DNA of 64,000 nt, taken from Antedon mediterranea (Eukaryota > Animalia > Echinodermata). Below the pieces are notes generated by a model, which saw nothing but the letters and a program-made list of their open reading frames with translations, searched no databases and was not told the origin of the DNA. The stretch covers positions 11,329,432 through 11,393,431 of the forward strand of contig NC_092679.1 in NCBI RefSeq assembly GCF_964355755.1. Direction: 5' to 3'. Positions 62,101 to 64,000 of the stretch are shown here, in pieces (within the stretch, counting starts at the first letter, position 1; each line of letters begins with the position of its first letter). The translations under genes were made by a program, and so were the position numbers.

Positions 62101-63262
62101 GAAAGAATTCAGCTTTATACCATTAGTAATCAATTCGAAGCAGGTGGCTGCTCTCGGGTGGTAGGATTTGTTACTCTGGTAGGTATCTGGTGGTGTTTTG
62201 TAGGACCCTATAAAATAAAACTTACATTTTGATCAGAAACTGAAATGCAAAATGATGGTGGCCAATGCTGTGAAAATGTTAGGTAATCCCAATCATTTCT
62301 TAAAGAAGATATAACATAAAAACTTAAGTGAGGTATAATTATAGTTTAATAATAAGTAATATACAGGTAACACCTAAATAAATTCCTGTCATTTGATTGG
62401 ACGATTGTGGGTCACATGGCGTGCAATAGTACACACTATTAAACGATCGTTTAATATAATAGTACTTTTTTTGTGTAAGAAAGAAAAATCTGTTCGCGTT
62501 TGGAAAATATTTTTTTAATTCTATTGCTTTTGAAATACAACACTCAGCGCCACTTATTTTGTACTTTCGTTGCCAATGTTATATTGTTGTGACTGGTTTA
62601 GCGATGGAAGTACATTTTTGGAGATATATATATACTAATTTAGATAAAAAAGGCATTTAAATAATAACTTTAGATCGAGTTTAATTTATGATTTTGATTA
62701 ATGGGAATATTTCTAAAAGACATGGAATCGTTGGAAAAAACATAATTAGCATGAGTTTCAGACTGTCGATGTTTCGTATTGCTGCCTGGCTGTCGCCTTG
62801 TTGATACATTTCATCATTCACCTCATGCCATTATTTATACCATTACACTCATAAACATCATTATTTGTATACTGTAATACTTGAAGATGAAAAATGAAGA
62901 TTAATATTTTAATCAGTTTTTAAAGATTTTTCCAGGACAATATCATTTTTTTAAATTTTGAAATTTCTTCAAATTGCTCATAACATTAAATAATGCGGTG
63001 TATAAAGTTCCGGCAGAATGAACACAAATTTTAGGGATCTAGTGGTTTTGTAGGTTCAATTCTCGATCAATTGTCTTTATTCATCATCATCTTAATAACC
63101 CACCATTCCTAGAGAGATTTTTTGGATAGGTTTTTGGGCCGATCGTCTCAGCGTTAGCATAGGCCTATGTTGGATTCTGTGTATGTAACAATGGGCAGTT
63201 GAATACCGGTGCCAGAACCCTAACCACAGCATTATTAATATTATGATGAGCAGAGATTTCAT
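53131..63262 (-). CDS. RNASET2: Ribonuclease T2 family protein, ~238 aa, 8 coding exons (first exon tentative)
   Basis: Exons 63262-63207 (hydrophobic leader, weak donor, tentative), 62298-62226 (WDYLTFSQHWPPSFC), 60925-60873 (CAS I WTIHGLW), 58465-58393, 57976-57909 (WPNL), 57283-57170 (CAS II W QHEWCKHGTC), 54475-54367, 53301-53131 (QVEICY...IYYPP, TAG). All junctions are phase-consistent GT-AG. Confidence 0.9.
54940..55420. mobile_element. Rolling-circle-type (Helentron-associated) repeat remnant with terminal hairpin
   Basis: Perfect hairpin ggttatccgc caagt gcggataacc at ~55392-55416; gcttaaaatgacatgaaacg resembles the reverse complement of the 1-250 / 47930 repeat. Confidence 0.45.
55563..55687. 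mobile_element. Short Harbinger-like MITE
   Basis: aagcttggttc.cact...agtgggaaccaagctt; second copy at ~38718-38864. Confidence 0.65.
58740..59560 (-). pseudogene. Highly degenerate non-LTR RT fragment in RNase T2 intron 3
   Basis: Minus frame near 59260-59390 reads ILHPIPKPARKKGPPKYIRPIILYLSVLGKILAICLLNR (RT domain 1/2-like); surrounding frames are broken. Confidence 0.6.
59571..60164. mobile_element. hAT-like MITE with 5-bp TSD
   Basis: ggaca|CAGGCCCGTATGCAG...CTGGATACGGGCCTG|ggaca. Confidence 0.7.
61222..62207. mobile_element. Diverged fold-back element (~1 kb) in RNase T2 intron 2
   Basis: ggtcctac.aaacaccaccagatacctacca...aatggtata mirrored at 62117-62207; further mirrored blocks 61355-61415/61945-62010 and 61430-61510/61735-61812. 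Confidence 0.75.
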
Positions 63263-63379
63263 TTTCAAGTTAGGTGCGAAATACAGCACCCTACATGAAT
63301 ACCCAGCCCAGCCTACAGTATACTGTTATCTAGGGTGCTTGCTGTATGCCTAGCTAGTGTAGTAGCCAGATTCTAGTCA

Positions 63380-63497
63380 AGGCACCCTATCGCAAAGTTG
63401 CCCCTCACAAAGTCGCCCAGACACAGTCGCCCCATCACAAAGTTTTCCATCGCAAAAATCGCCCCAACACAGGGTCGCCCCATCGCAAAGTCGCCCC
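63380..63497 (+). repeat. ~16-bp tandem subrepeats (cgcaaagtcgcccc), probable transposon end
   Basis: About 7 degenerate units; the other end is not in the window. Confidence 0.55.
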
Positions 63498-64000
63498 TAA
63501 ACGTTAAAATAGTTTATAAATAAGTGCGTCAAATCACGCAATTGATATTCTTGGGCAATTTGAACACAAAATAACACGAAACAGGTAGGCATACAAAGGG
63601 AAAGCCCCGCCATGTAATACCAGTAGTCTTAGGGCACAGTACATCGGCAACAAAGAGGAAGCCCCAACGTAATTACTTCACTGTCGGGCGCACTTACACG
63701 ATAGCTCACTATCGGGGAAACCCGTAATTGCTCTGCATTACTCCAAATTGTTACGATGTCGGTCGCATTCAAAATCGGTCTTGTTTAATTTTGGTCGTGA
63801 TAAAATCTAAATAATTTTTACTTTAGTCGATGAATATTTATTATTAATAATACATTTTTTTTAATTGTTTATTTTACAGGTCTAGGAGAAAGATGTGTGC
63901 ATTCAAAAATGACAATTTAAGATAATAATATTATTTAGCATACTGTATGTTAACAGTACAGTTACATAATTATTTAAATGTGAAATTTTACAGGGACCGT

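Overview
AT-rich, intron-containing eukaryotic genomic DNA, probably a marine invertebrate (inferred only from composition, frequent TAGGCCTA motifs and transposon types). I assembled three spliced protein-coding genes by hand, all on the minus strand with consistent GT-AG phases: (1) a two-exon RhoQ/RhoJ/Cdc42-type small GTPase (15430-16628); (2) a ~790-aa circularly permuted Ras gene (20508-34074; G3-G4-G5-G1-G2 motif order, then a Sec23/24-like zinc finger and a vWA domain); (3) an 8-exon RNase T2 (53131-63262) that is almost invisible in the ORF track. The rest is largely mobile DNA. The most unusual structure is a 5.5-kb near-palindrome (6792-12276): a TAG...CTA element with ~1.35-kb inverted arms, carrying at its centre a defective Penelope-like retroelement with two oppositely oriented minimal hammerhead ribozyme motifs. 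Also present are a Gypsy derivative with identical 70-bp LTRs and two fold-back junctions, a LINE with a 7-fold amplified 3' stem-loop, four 18-42-bp palindromes with 7-bp TSDs resembling P-element excision footprints, and many MITEs. No database searches were run; family assignments rest on recognised motifs.
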